DNA of 61,208 bases, filler included, from Basidiobolus ranarum (GCA_040143965.1; 20 parts of 20 records of this genome joined end to end with filler, not necessarily neighbours in it); one strand, 5' to 3'. Shown: positions 23,521-36,853, numbered from the whole stretch's first letter. The notes: generated by a model not told the origin, from the sequence alone. Numbers and translations: made by a program.

Positions 23521-24498
23521 CCCTAATAAAAATAAAATCAATTTGATCCAGATTGGATTCACCCTTAGGAATAGCAATACCATCAGAGAACTGTCACAAT
23601 ATGAGTGGCTTGCATTCTGCCAGGGTTTTTGATGATGTAATGTTGGTTTCTTGACAGTATCTTGATGGTATTCATATATGTTAAAATATTGATCCTCATA
23701 TTTAGCTTGCATTATTGAATTTCCTGCAATTTTTGTAAATATTTAATTTTCAAATGGCAAATTACTGGATTTACTGCTGTGGGAATTTGAATTAAGATGC
23801 ATGCCTTTATTTAGATATTTTTGGCTTTGTATTCCAGCCATAATGAGAATCAAAAAATACCAGAATCCCATTGTGTTTAGTCTCTACATATGCACATACT
23901 TGACTAATCAGACATAACTTAACAACTTCACCATGCTTTACCATCAAACTAATGGTGGAAAAGTTTCTAAACATATGAAATTTTGACTAGCACTAACACT
24001 TGACAAATTGCTAACTCTTTTTACCATTCACAATGAGAATTAGGTCATGGATTTTGGCAAATTTCCGTAAATAATTTAGCCAATATATCCCTGACTAGCA
24101 GTCAACAAATATCATGCCTCAAGTAGATGTGTCATTGCTTGAATAAATTACTCCATGGCTAAAACAATAATACTGCATATCTTTATCTGTCTCACCTGGA
24201 AGTCTGTCTTGCAGCTCTCCTAGAAATACTGTCAGATATTCACACAAACAAATTGGCTCAAATTATAGAGGTACTTATTCTGTGTCTGGGGATTGGGTTT
24301 TGTGGCTGCTATTTTGCTCAAACAATGCAAAAACCTGTGAGCACATTGAAAAGAGCCCTTTGTTTGAAGGTTAATATACTCTGGAGTCTCTTTAACCCAT
24401 CGCATTACATCCATCACTGATCTTGCTGATACATTGTTAATCAGATTAGCATATAGTAATACTGACAATTTCACATGGAGGGTCATTTCATCAAAGGT
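23521..24498 (-). mobile_element. CMC/EnSpm terminus and transposase 3' region
   Basis: CCCTAATAAAAATAAAATCAATTTGATCC terminus; homologous to 200-780 and 2452-2981. Confidence 0.78.
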
Positions 24499-24598
24499 NN
24501 NNNNNNNNNNNNNNNNNNNNNNNNNNNNNNNNNNNNNNNNNNTTAATTAATTAANNNNNNNNNNNNNNNNNNNNNNNNNNNNNNNNNNNNNNNNNNNN

Positions 24599-26432
24599 AT
24601 AAAGTACCTTTCTCACCTGGTGAAGAATTTTTCATGGGCCCACATAGGTCAGAATGAGACAGGGCAAAATTCTGGGTGGATTTGATCTCTCCAGCACTTG
24701 AAAATGGCTCGCTGTGAAGTTTTCCCTAGAAATAACCTTCACACAGTTCCAATTAGGTGATATTCTCAATATCGAAGCTTGGAACAGGCTTAAATTATTT
24801 CAGGTGCAACAATTTTTGTTGTCCAATGTGGCCTAATCATCTGTGCCATGTTTGACAGCTTATCTCATTTTTTTGGCCATATTTGCATGCTCAGAATGCA
24901 ATTAATTGATTTGTAGCTTTTATGAGGTTTGAGTTTCAATCCCATTAGCAAATTTCATATTATTCTGATCTGAAAAAGTGTATGCAGCCTTGCCCAACAT
25001 TAAATTTAGTCCTTGAGTTGTTGTTTGGTTTACTGAGAGTAGATTCCTAGCTATATTTAGTACATAGCATACATCTTCAAATTTTGCAGAGGGTGCAGCT
25101 GAGTTTTAGTCTAAATTGAGCACAACTGTGCCCTTACTCACTGCATCTAGACCAAAATCATCACCTTGGTAGACTTTCCTTGTTTGAATGGGTATTAAGC
25201 TAGAAAATCAATCTTTCTTGTTTGACATGGGCTGGGAAGCTCCAGAATCAATGTATCATGTTTCTGAGTCTTCCTTAGTGGGGACTGATAGAGCAGACAC
25301 AAATAGATCATCCCTATCTGTGCTTACTTGCTTTGTTTTAGCTTTGTAGCAAAATCCTTTGACCACAATCTTTGATTAAATGGACTGGTTCAATACCTGC
25401 AGATGGTTAATTTCCTATCAGGGGCACCATTGTTGAAACTTGCTGGATGTTTTACAGCTCTGAAAAATTCCTGATCTGCATTATTTTGCTGAGAATTACA
25501 CCTCCATAAGTCCTTGTTCAAAAGCCTAGCACCAACATAATACATTGTTTATGGCTCTGATCTTGATTCAAGGGCTATTATATTGTTCCCAAACTTATCT
25601 GGTAGGCTCCCGATTAGTGTCATGACTAAGGCATCTTCGGTCAGAGTTATTCAAATGGATGAGAGCTGAACTGCCTTAGTAGTAATCTGATTCAGATGAT
25701 TAAGCATAGTATCATCAGAATTAATCAGAATTGATGATAAATTTCACTATAGATATAGCCTATTAGCCAGACTTTCAGTTTCGGATAGCTCCTGCAGTGT
25801 TTCCCCAGCAGTTGGAATATTTTTGGGGGATTCTACATTCCTCAATTGAAAGTCTCTGAGATGTTGACAAAGTGAATAGATTGCTTTCCTCTGCTTCTTG
25901 TGAAAGGCAGGGATAGCTTCTGGTGGTCCCTTTGGCTCTATTTCTTCTCCATTAACAAATCCCCAAAGTTCCATATCTTCTAACACTATTTGCCTCTTAA
26001 AGTTCCAAAGGTGAAAGTGTATGTCATCAAGCTTCACTGTGGATTCAAAAGCATTGGTAATACTACTGGCAGACATTCCTTTAACAGCTTACTTGGGGCT
26101 CCAAGCTTGATAACAGTCTTTAGGGGTTTGGAAGTGTTTTGACACTTATGTTTTATTGAATTGAATATATACTATTTATAGCTTCCCATGAAATAGGACC
26201 ATTGAATGTGCTTAGATCATAACAAAACTGCCTGTTATGCATGGGTGAAATTTGAGGTGATTTGGGGAAGTTTTAAGAAAATAATGAAGATTGGTAAAAG
26301 TGATCTAATTGATATTTCTCTCAGCTAGAGCAATAAACACACATTTTTGAATGGCAGAAATACATGCTAAGTAATCAAAATATGAAAAAACTAACTACTA
26401 AATAATAAGTTGCTATTTACCTACTTTCAACA
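24599..26432 (-). mobile_element. Copia family B 5' part: LTR (26108-26432), gag, protease, start of integrase
   Basis: Gag FHLWNFK...LEDMELWGFVNG, protease IDSGASQPM and integrase HSDLCGPM motifs. Confidence 0.9.
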
Positions 26433-26625
26433 TTATTCCCTATCCATAGTTTTGATAAAAGTGTTGAGTGGATTTGGAAGTGCGTTGAACAATATTTGGA
26501 TTTTAGTATTAGACACTTATGTTTTATTGCATTGAGCAAGTCCCTTCTATAGTTTATTATGAGATAGGGCTATTGAACAAACTAAGATTTTAACAAACAA
26601 GCCTTTAAAGTGTGGGTGAAAATAT

Positions 26626-27563
26626 TGTTGAAATTAGGTAAATATCAACCCATTATTTAGTGATTACTTTATTCTTATCTGATTATTAAGAATTCGATTC
26701 TGATTCAAAGATGTGTCTTCATTGCTCTTATTGATAGAAAAATCAATTAGGTCACATTTACCAATTTTCACTATTTTTTTAAATCTTCTACAAATCATCT
26801 CAAATTTTCACCCATGATTAACAGGCATGTTTGTTACAATCTAAGCCGGGCCATTAGTCCTATTTCATAATGAAGTATAATCAGGACATATTCATTTCAA
26901 TAAAACTTAGGTGTCAAATTCACAAATTTGAATCAGGTTCAACACGCTTTCAAATCCCCCAAACACACTTATCATCTTATGAGCCCTGAGCTAGCTGTTA
27001 AAGAAATGTCAACCAGTACAATTACTAACATTTTTGCATCCACCTAGAAGTTTGATGGTGAAAACTTTTGCCATTAGAAGTTCAAGATGCAAATGGTGCC
27101 GGAAGATAAGGACCTTTAGGATTTGTTTCAGGAGAAGAAATAGAGCCATAGGGCACACCACAAGCTATTGTTGCTATTCACAAAAGCAGAGGAAAGCACT
27201 CTCTACACTTTGTCTACTTCTCAGAGACTCTCAATTGAGGTACATACAACCAGCTGAAAACATCCAACATGCTTGTGAAACATCTGAAGGACTATATAAG
27301 ACTAAAAGTCTGGCTAATAGGTTATATCTTTGGTGAAATCTGATGATTCTATGCTTAATCATATAAGTCGGATAAAAATTATGGTGGATCAGCTCTCATC
27401 CATAGGAGCACCTCTAAATGAAGATGACCTAGTCATGACACTACATGGGGCCATACAGACAAGTTTGGGAACCTCATAATTGCCCTAGAATTAAGATCAG
27501 AGCCATTAAAAATGGAATATGTTGGTGCTAGGCTTTGTATGTGGAATTAAGGAGGTCCAATTC
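26626..27563 (+). mobile_element. Copia family B 5' part: LTR 26626-26974, primer-binding site (PBS), gag; abuts another LTR B fragment (26454-26625, minus)
   Basis: TGTTGAAATTAGG...TTATCA, then (TC)TTATGAGCCCTG and gag KTKSLANRLYL. Confidence 0.88.
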
Positions 27564-27663
27564 NNNNNNNNNNNNNNNNNNNNNNNNNNNNNNNNNNNNN
27601 NNNNNNNTTAATTAATTAANNNNNNNNNNNNNNNNNNNNNNNNNNNNNNNNNNNNNNNNNNNN

Positions 27664-28659
27664 TGCAATCTTGGATTAAACGGACTGGTTTTTTGCAATA
27701 CTTGCATATGATTGACTTCCTATTAGGATCAACATTATTAAAGCCTGTTGGACATTTGACAGCTCCAAAAAATGCCTGTTCTGTATTACTTTGCTGGGAA
27801 TTAGATCTCCTTAATTTCTCATTCCAAAGCCCAGAAGCAACATATTCCATTGGTAAAGGCTCTGATCAAGATTCTAGGGCAAGTGTGAGGCTTGCAAACT
27901 TGTCTGGCAGGCTCCTAAGTAGTGTCATGACTAGGTCATCTTCATTCAGAGGAGCTCAGCCTATTAGCCAGACTTATAGTCTCATATATTCCCTCAAGTG
28001 TTTCCCAAGCATTATGGATGTTTTTGGCTGATTGTATCTGCAGCAATTGAGAGTCTCTGAGATGTAGACAAGATGTAGGGAGTGCTTTCCTCTGCTTCTT
28101 ATGAAAGGCAAGAATAGCTTCTGGTGGTCCCTTTGGTTCTATTTCTACTAGTATAGTAAATCCCCAAGAGTCCTTGTCTTTTGCACCATTTGCATCTTGA
28201 ACTTCTAAAGATGAAAGTCTTCACCATCAAACCTCTCTGTGGATGCAAAAACATTGGTAATAGTACTGGTAAACATTCCTTTAACAGCTAGCTTGGGGCT
28301 CATAACCTGATAATAGTGTTTAGGGGAGTTGGAAGTGTTTCGGAGAAGATTTGCATTTGTGAATTAGACACTTAGGTTTTATTGAATTGAATATGTCGTA
28401 TTTATAGTTTACTATAAAATAGGACTATTGGACATGCCTAGATCATAACAAACATTTGTGTGAAACATGGGTGAAAACTTGAGGTGATTTGGAGAAGTTT
28501 TGTGAAAATAGTAAAAATTGGTAAAAATTATCTGATTGATATTTCTATCAATTTGAGCAATAAACACATGTTTTTGAATGGCAGAATTGAGTGCTAAATA
28601 ATCAGAATATGAATAAACTACCTACTAAATAATGAGTTGCTATTCACCCAATTTCCTCA
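27664..28659 (-). mobile_element. Copia family B 5' part: LTR 28308-28659, PBS, gag with zinc knuckle
   Basis: CKYCKKPVRLIQDC decayed CCHC knuckle; same gag as 25400-26076. Confidence 0.88.
28296..28307 (-). promoter_or_regulatory. Primer-binding site GGTTATGAGCCC, complementary to the anticodon arm of initiator tRNA-Met
   Basis: Lies directly after the LTR-terminal CA; complement of GGGCUCAUAACC in fungal tRNAiMet. Confidence 0.85.
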
Positions 28660-30380
28660 TTTTTGATATATCCCATAAATACTGTACACTGATTGTGCAA
28701 CAGCATCACAGATGAGTCATCAGAGGATTTACAAAATATAATTGGTAATGAAAGGCAATTTTGGTTTACTAAAAGTTGCCTCTAATGAATTTCATCACAC
28801 CAAGGTTGCCATTGGAATATTTCAATGCCACTGAAAAAGGGTTAAATACCTGAATCAAAATTGGCTTCCAACCAAGAGCTTGCTGCCCTGAGAGAAAATA
28901 CCAGCAAGAGCAGAAGACACCATGGATGTACAGTCTAGCACTCCACTAGACACTTTGGAAGGCCTCATCATGACAGAAAATAACTCCAGTAACAACAAAG
29001 CATTAATCACCTTACCAGATGTGTTGATTTCTAGAAAGTATGCAAGTGCAGAGATTACAATCCCAAATTACATAGTCAATCAATAGTTGAGCAAAGTTTA
29101 GTAGAAGCACCATCATGGCCATCAACTTCCACAGTACCTACTTTGCCAATTATCAAACATCCCTTTGCAAACAACATTGATAGGGTTATTACAACAAGAG
29201 AATCTCAGGCTGAACACCATAATGATTTGTATGAAATTATAAGTAAATGCTACAAAGTTGTTATATAGGCCATGACAGGCAATAACACACCAATGCAGTA
29301 ATCCATGCGGCACTCTAAAGTAACTAGTCATTAGTGAGAGAGTTAGCCAACAATGATGCAAGACCTTCAGCATGATCAACTTGAGCTACAGCAACATGCT
29401 GCTCTCTCTGACCATTCTGTATGGAATCTAAATCAATTGCACACCTTACACACAAACATCACTGTAACAATCTAGCATAGCAGAATATTGGAGCAGTAAG
29501 CGGGCAAAATGACTCAAAATTGGTGTTGCAAATGAAAGTTGAAAACTCATAGGACAAGCAGCAAACCAAAAGACTCTGAGTGTGAGAGCTTCAGGCACTG
29601 TTTCTGATGTTGAATGGTTTAGCATTTTGGAAACTGGACAGATTTGTGGCCAAAATCACCTCATTTTGAGCCAATTGTGGAAAGCCAAAGACCAGGCATT
29701 ACTCAGAAGGTTCATGACTTATTTTGTGTGACTTAGCATGGGTTTTTGCAAGCAATTGGCAATTGGGCTAGTATAGGCCTATTACTAAGACATCTCAAAA
29801 GTATATGCAATTTTTGACTTGGAAAAGCAAGAAAGGCAGACTGAAATTTACTCAAGGAGCAGAAAGTTAGTAAGCCCAAGGGAAAAACAAAGGAGGTAGC
29901 AATTTTAGGCTTCACAGTCCCTCTTACCAAATTCTTGACACCATTACAAAGATATGTATTTCCAGAGTCAGATATACTGGCAAAGAAGCTTAATTTCACC
30001 ATGCAACCAGGTACACCAGTTGGAAGAGTGCTAAATTTGGAAGTTTATCCAATACCTGGCACCTCTCAACAAGCCAAAACCCCTACAAATAAAACTCATG
30101 GCTCTCCAACCTCTACTGGAACTTTTAAAGTGCCAAAGTTAGCCCAAACTTAGAGGCAAGCAAAAAGCCACCCAAACATCACAAAGCAAACCAAGTAGTG
30201 TCACACCATAGGGATGTATGAAAATAGTAAAAGTGCTTGAAGAGTATTTTCAAAAGTATGAAGGGAAAACACTGCCATAAGTATGTATAAGGTAGCATCA
30301 AAACAAGAACATTCAACTCAACAGTCAGTTTGGTGTTGATGATGCAGATATCTGGGAAGAACTTAATACAGAGTGGCACA
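28660..30380 (+). mobile_element. Degenerate second ORF of the CMC/EnSpm-like element (function unknown)
   Basis: Homologous to 31181-31850 (inverted), 3990-4780 and 40180-40770; FPESDILAKKLNFT..GTPVGRVLNLEVYP is conserved. Confidence 0.6.
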
Positions 30381-30728
30381 TTTATTGAAGTATATTGTCT
30401 TTATTATATTTGTTATCTCTATCTTTATAAACTTAACTATTTCATATCTCACATATAAGTTAGGTAACTTTACTTAGGCAAATAACACCTAACTGCAAAT
30501 TGGAACATATATTATATATAATTGTGAATAATGTGAGAATTAGCAATTCCATATTGGAAATTTCAAACTTGTCCAAATTGCCCCAAAGATAGCTCATTTT
30601 ACTCCCACAGATGTTCTGAACACAACCCNNNNNNNNNNNNNNNNNNNNNNNNNNNNNNNNNNNNNNNNNNNNTTAATTAATTAANNNNNNNNNNNNNNNN
30701 NNNNNNNNNNNNNNNNNNNNNNNNNNNN

Positions 30729-31179
30729 GATTAGCAATTTTTCACCATTAGTTTGCTGGTAAAGGATATTGATGTTGTTGAGTTATGTCTAATTAGTCAA
30801 ATATGTGCATATGTAGAGACTAAACAAAACAAGATTCTTGTATTTTTTGATTCTCATCATGGCTGGAATACAAAGCCTAAAATATCTAAATAAAGGCATG
30901 CATATTAATTTGAATTCCTATAGCAGTAAACCCAGTAATTTGCCATTCAAAAATTATATTTTTGCAACAATCACTGGATATTGAATAATGCATGCCAAAT
31001 TTGTGGATCTATATTTTAACATGTATGCATACCATTAAGATACCATCAAGAAGCCACCGTCACACCATCAAGATCCCTGGCAGAATGCAAGCCAGCAATA
31101 TTGTGATGGTTCTCTTACAGTTTTGCTATTTTGGAGGGTGGATCCAATCCGGATCAAATTAATTTTATTTTTGTTAGGG
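30729..31179 (+). mobile_element. CMC/EnSpm transposase 3' end and terminus
   Basis: Ends GGATCAAATTAATTTTATTTTTGTTAGGG followed by TA. Confidence 0.78.
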
Positions 31180-31180
31180 T

Positions 31181-33579
31181 AGTTGTTTCCAACCACTGAA
31201 CTAATTGCAATATTGCATAATTATTACTGGTCATGGCCTGTATAGCAACTTTGTAGTTTTTACTCATGATTAGTTACAAATCATTATAGTGTTCTGCCTG
31301 CAATTCTCTTTTTTTAATAGTTCTATCCAATTTTTCTATGGGGGGTTGTACAATAGTGTACAAAGTAGCCATTTTGGAAGTTAATGGTCTTGACAGTGTT
31401 TTGGTTGAACTTTGCTCAACTATTGATTCACTACATAATTTGGGGATTACAATTTCTTCACTTGCACTATTGCTGGCAAGGAACACATCTGGTAAGTTGA
31501 TTAATTCTTCATCATTACTTGAGTTTGTTTCTGGCATGTTAATGCCCTTCAAAGTGGATGGTAGACTGCTAGACTGCTCTTCAATCAAGTCCTCTGTTCT
31601 TGCTGGTTTTTTTCCTTTTATGCCAGCAGACTTTGGCTTGGAAGCTGATTTTGATTTAAATTTTAAATAATCTTTGAATGGCATTGAAATTTTCAGATGG
31701 TAAACTTGATGTAATGAAATTTCTTAGAAACAGCTTATAATAAGCCAAAAGCCATCCATTACTAGAAATATCTTGTAAATCCTCTGACAACTCATCTGTG
31801 ACACCATCTCAGAATCAGCTGATGCCATTGATAGGCCATATCTAAAATATCAGCCTTATGTAGGTGGTGTTCTTTTTTCTACAATATCCCTCTCATGCCA
31901 GAGCACAAATGTGCAAAGAAGCCCTGCTATTATTGTCACCAATTCTTGTGCTATGAAAGCAGGAGGCTTCATAGAAAAAATAATCACAAGCATGGTGTAG
32001 TGTGGGATAGGGGTATTAACTTAAATATTTGGTAATAAAGCTTAATCCCACTTCAAATCTCCAGCCAAGCTGAATTTTTATAATGGAAGCTTAAGAATAT
32101 TGATAGGAGATATATTCTTCACTCTATCTTTGAAGGGTAAAGACACACCTTAATAGGTTCAATAGCTTGATGAATTTATGAGAACAGATTATTTCTGATA
32201 ATAGAACTATGAAAAATCCCCAATACTACAAGGGTAGATAAAACTCTGGTGGTTTCTCTAACTTCAAGTCTGAAGAAAAAGATATAGTTCTTTTTAGAAG
32301 GGCAAAGACTTTGATTGAGAGTTGGATGTATTTTGTGGCTGTATAAGTGAAGATATCTATGAAAGAATCTGAACTGCAATCTTCAATAGTCAAATCTAGT
32401 TGAGTTGCAATATGAATCTTTACTATCTTACTATGATACAGGGTAGAATATCTATTTATGGAAAGGGTAAATAGTATGGTGCAGTTTTGGATGGTGCTAA
32501 GGCTAGAAGCTTTTTCACTAGGGGGAATGGTTGCTTATATAAAGAAAAGCTTAGAATAAATGTTATGAATTGGTGGCTGATAACAAATGCTGTGAGTGGG
32601 TGGCTTAGCATCACAGTGCCAATAAGTTCACTAAAATACTAGCTGTGGCTTTAGAACTTAGAACACATCAGAATTAAGTACTGTTGCCACTCTGTGCAAC
32701 ATTTGAAGAGAATCTATTGGCCAGTTCAAAAGTTAGCACTAGTTTTGTGAGACTCTCAAGGTTCTGAATTCCTATGTTCTGAATATATGCTAGTGTTGAT
32801 TTTTGTGTTGGCAATTTTGAAATGGTTGTAGCTCCACCAATACTTGAACAAATCTAATGATTCATGCATGGTTTTAAAGCTCTAATTCAGGGGTTTTATC
32901 TGCCATTAGAGTTACTGTAATAAGCAAAGTATTGATGCTACCATGAGTGATCAAATAGTCTTGTTCTTTTTCTTGATTGTTGAAATATTATAAGACAGCA
33001 ATAGATAATATTCTTCCTACTAACTATGTGCAAGATATGGTTGCAATATTTCCAACACTACAACAGTCACTGTACAAAGCCACCAGCTGCACAAAGCCTG
33101 GTGTATAACAACAGCAATAGATGCACTAAATTGACTTTAGTTTTGCCTATAGAGTCCACTGACTGTACTTAGCCTCCAATTTATGGGAACACTGCCAAAA
33201 GTCAGGATACTGTGAAGTTACTACAGTTATTTGACTAGAATGATGTAGGTAGAAATGCAACTTTGGTCAAACTAGTAAGTCCAGACAACTTTGATCACTT
33301 GCTGCTAGATGTTGACCTTGGTTATTCCAGTACTGGTGGCAGTTTATCAGAAGATGAAGAAGATGATGGTTTTGTTATGGAAACTTTGTTATTGGCAAAC
33401 ATTAGTCTACTTATTTCATTTAGTTTAAAGGAAGCAGCTTTGATTATTGAGGAGTGGAGAGTTCAAATAAAAATCTTACAACCAGGTGTTTATTAGTCTT
33501 CTTACACTTTTACCATAGTTGATTGGCAACTGTTGCTTGCCACAGACCTGGTACAAGTGGAAAACACTTGTCAATCAAA
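31181..33579. mobile_element. CMC/EnSpm central region: ORF2 5' part (minus) and transposase 5' part (plus), interrupted by a ~1.07 kb insertion
   Basis: 31274-31684 matches 28820-29250; 33263-33579 matches 2137-2450. Confidence 0.65.
31993..33065. mobile_element. Non-coding insertion with 15-bp inverted termini; probable long solo LTR
   Basis: TGGTGTAGTGTGGGA...TCCAACACTACAACA (13/15 inverted match, TG...CA). Transposase similarity resumes on both sides; no clear TSD. Confidence 0.55.
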
Positions 33580-34289
33580 TGTCCATGAAACCTAACCAAT
33601 CATGTCATCCCACACACAGTGTATTTCTGCCAAGACCTTTTATAGAAGGTCATCTGATCATCCTTACAGCATCCCTCTTTGTATTCATCCTTNNNNNNNN
33701 NNNNNNNNNNNNNNNNNNNNNNNNNNNNNNNNNNNNTTAATTAATTAANNNNNNNNNNNNNNNNNNNNNNNNNNNNNNNNNNNNNNNNNNNNCATATATA
33801 CAAATCCGGCATGTTTCTTATGACTGTTGTTTCAGGATGTGCCTCTGACTACTCCATGTTTCTCTCTAATTTTGCGAGTTCCAGTTATCCTCCACTTGAC
33901 CATATTTCCATTCCGATAATATTCTATACATTTTTTTCTGCCCTTGTTGTCATACGTTCATTTTCTTGATTTTGCCATTATCCAGGTCTTTGGTTATTCC
34001 TTACAATCTTTGTCTTCTGTGTTAGATAGAGTTTATTACCACCTCTTCAATAAACCACGGAATTTCCTTGGTAATTCGACGTTGGGTTCACTGTCCTCGT
34101 CTTCATGTATGAGCCTTTGATCAAGCAGAAATTCTTCGAACTCTTCAGCTTTGCATCTTTAGTCCTCTTTCGTTGTTTCCGAGCTTAATCCCTACCTCAG
34201 AAACCATTACTTGTCACTCCTCAAATCTCCTACTTCATACCAGACCTTCTCTTTCCTTTATAGTGTACGGGGAGTAGATATTTTTCAAT

Positions 34290-36753
34290 ATGAGCGGAAA
34301 CTTGGTGCAGATTGTTCCTCAATTTTCCTCTTCACGATCCTCAGTATGCTCCACTTCAGAAACGGAATCTGAGCTTTCCAGTAAATCTGATAAATCTTTT
34401 CTCTTTTGTTCCGACAGCCATTCTAAGCATTTTTTAGGTCACGAGAAACCAACACTTAAAAAACCTTCAGAGAAAATGCTGTCAAAGGATTCCTACAAAC
34501 AAGAAAAATTGAAGCCAGAAATTTCGCACAAGAAGGTAGTGAGTAACAACTCCAAAACCCTACACTTTCAGCCCAAATATACTTTCCGCAGTCTTCATCT
34601 ATTTAAGACCAAGAAGCCTAGTACTCCAACCTTAACTCGTTCGGATTCCACTTCCTCACAAATTGAAAGTGAACACACAACTCACATTGAAACTGATACA
34701 TGGAAGAAATCTGGCTGGGGAGTCCTTCATGATCTTTTCGATTCTGCTCATACTCAGTCGAAAAAACTTATTTCTCCTGAGCCAGCCATAAGTTCTATCC
34801 CCGAAGCGAAGAAAGATCCTAAGAAATTTCGTTCTCCCTTCAGAAGAAGATCCTACACTCTGGACTCTAGCTATAAGCCTTTCACTGTTGAAGAAATACA
34901 GGCCAAAAGTTCCCAAAATCGAGATAGCCCCTCTGATGAGTTTGCTACACGCCGAACGGTTTCTCTAGGAAGCGATATCCCATCAAACTCGATCTCGATC
35001 CCAAGTATATCTATTTCCGACACAGTAGAAGCCGTAGTTCCAGATATTACTGATAACAATCATTTCCTGTTCGATGACCAGGATGCTTATGATTACAATG
35101 ATGGGTTACTTGATCGAAGTTCATCTTACAGAGTTCACAGTAGAAACAACCTCAGTGGTGTCAAAACAATCGATAGAAGCAAAAGTATGGAACTCATCCG
35201 AGTCGACCCCGGTGAGTCTACGGAGACATTACCTATCTCAAGTGACATTACTAGCAAATCGACTCCTAAACCTGCTACCACTAACGAAAAGGAGCTCAAG
35301 CGATCACACAGTTTAAATGGAAAATTAAACAAACCTCTAGATTGGACGTTGAGAAAGAATTCATCTTCGGTAGATCTCGCTGCAATGAATTCTTGGGCAC
35401 AAACGGAACATGCTGACCAAGATCATCGACCACGAATCTCAGCGGTATGGGTGTTCATTACTATAGTACACCAGCTTGACTTCTTATTAATGCTGATTTT
35501 CTTTAGAGTAAAACATTCACTGCGTCGAAGCTGATGGTTCGTTTTGTTTCTTTTTGTGTGTAAGTTAGATTGATGTATATCTGGATTCTGAGTTTAATTT
35601 CTCTTGTCAACCTTAGAATATTGACGTACGGCCTGTATTTAACGAAGGGCGTTTCTATGTTGTTGATGAAATACTTACTACAGAGCTGAATTATCTGGAG
35701 AATTTGGAAATTATTCTCAATGTAACTACACTCAAATATGAACGATACTCAAATACTCGTATTCTAACTCAACTTTCCTGGTGACCTAAAGACTTTCATG
35801 ATTCCTATACAAAAGTCGGCTCAAACACCGCACCCAATTATCTCTCCTCGTGATACGAAAATCATCTTTGAAGGGATTGAACCACTTTATGAGCTCAGTC
35901 TAGAGTTATGTCAAGAATTGAAAGCAATAGTTAACCATTGGGACAAGGGGGCCCAAGTTGGTGATCTGTTCTTGAAACGTCAAAAGGAGTGGGAAATCTA
36001 TCCCCGATTTGTAGATAATTACTCTTTTGCCCGGGAGGCGATTCGAAGAGCCGAAGCTACGCACTCATTCAACAATTTCATTAAGGTTTACTTTTACTCC
36101 GATTTAATGATAATCTAGTGTATATACTCATACACCTTACCAACCTTTCTGTAGAATGTCGCTCGGAAGGCTACTAAGCGTCAAACGCTAAAGGAGTTCC
36201 TGATTATCCCTATACAGAGAGTTACTCGTTATTCATTGCTCTTGAAAGGCAAGTTAAATCTTTCCAAGATAAACCGTTTATTTTGTATAATTCTGACGAT
36301 CATCTCTATCTATCTATAGATCTCAAGAAACAAACCAAACCGGATCACCCTGATTATCGTGAGGTCGAGAGAGCGTTGGAGTTCATGACTGCTCTTGCTG
36401 TCAGAGTTAACGAAGTCAAACAACGAGAAGAGGAAAGAACCCAATTGTTTACTGTGTTCAACGCTGTTCGAGATTGTCCAGTTAGTATATTTATATTGGC
36501 TAAGTTGACCAATCCTTCTGGAATAATCCAATAACACTGCCTCTTTAGCCTACAATGATCAGCGCTAACCGTCGATTCACCCTTGAAACTGACGTTGTAG
36601 AAACACGCACCAGCCGCAAGATACACTTGGTTTTATATTCTGACTACTTAATGTTTACCACACCTTCTAAAGGGCGACCGCTTAAGCAGACTGAAAAATG
36701 GGTCTTCATACGATTGATTGATTTACGACATATCATCATGTTCAATGTGCCCG
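34290..36753 (+). CDS. Dbl-family RhoGEF (DH-PH) with long Ser-rich N-terminus; exons 34290-35444, 35507-35536, 35617-35721, 35792-36085, 36155-36248, 36320-36480, 36549->36753; 3'-truncated
   Basis: DH motifs EILTTELNYLENL, LKEFLIIPIQRVTRYSLLLKDL and PDHPDY..VERAL...VNE; PH-like HLVLYSDYLMFT. Six short introns keep the frame. Confidence 0.92.
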
Positions 36754-36853
36754 NNNNNNNNNNNNNNNNNNNNNNNNNNNNNNNNNNNNNNNNNNNNTTA
36801 ATTAATTAANNNNNNNNNNNNNNNNNNNNNNNNNNNNNNNNNNNNNNNNNNNN

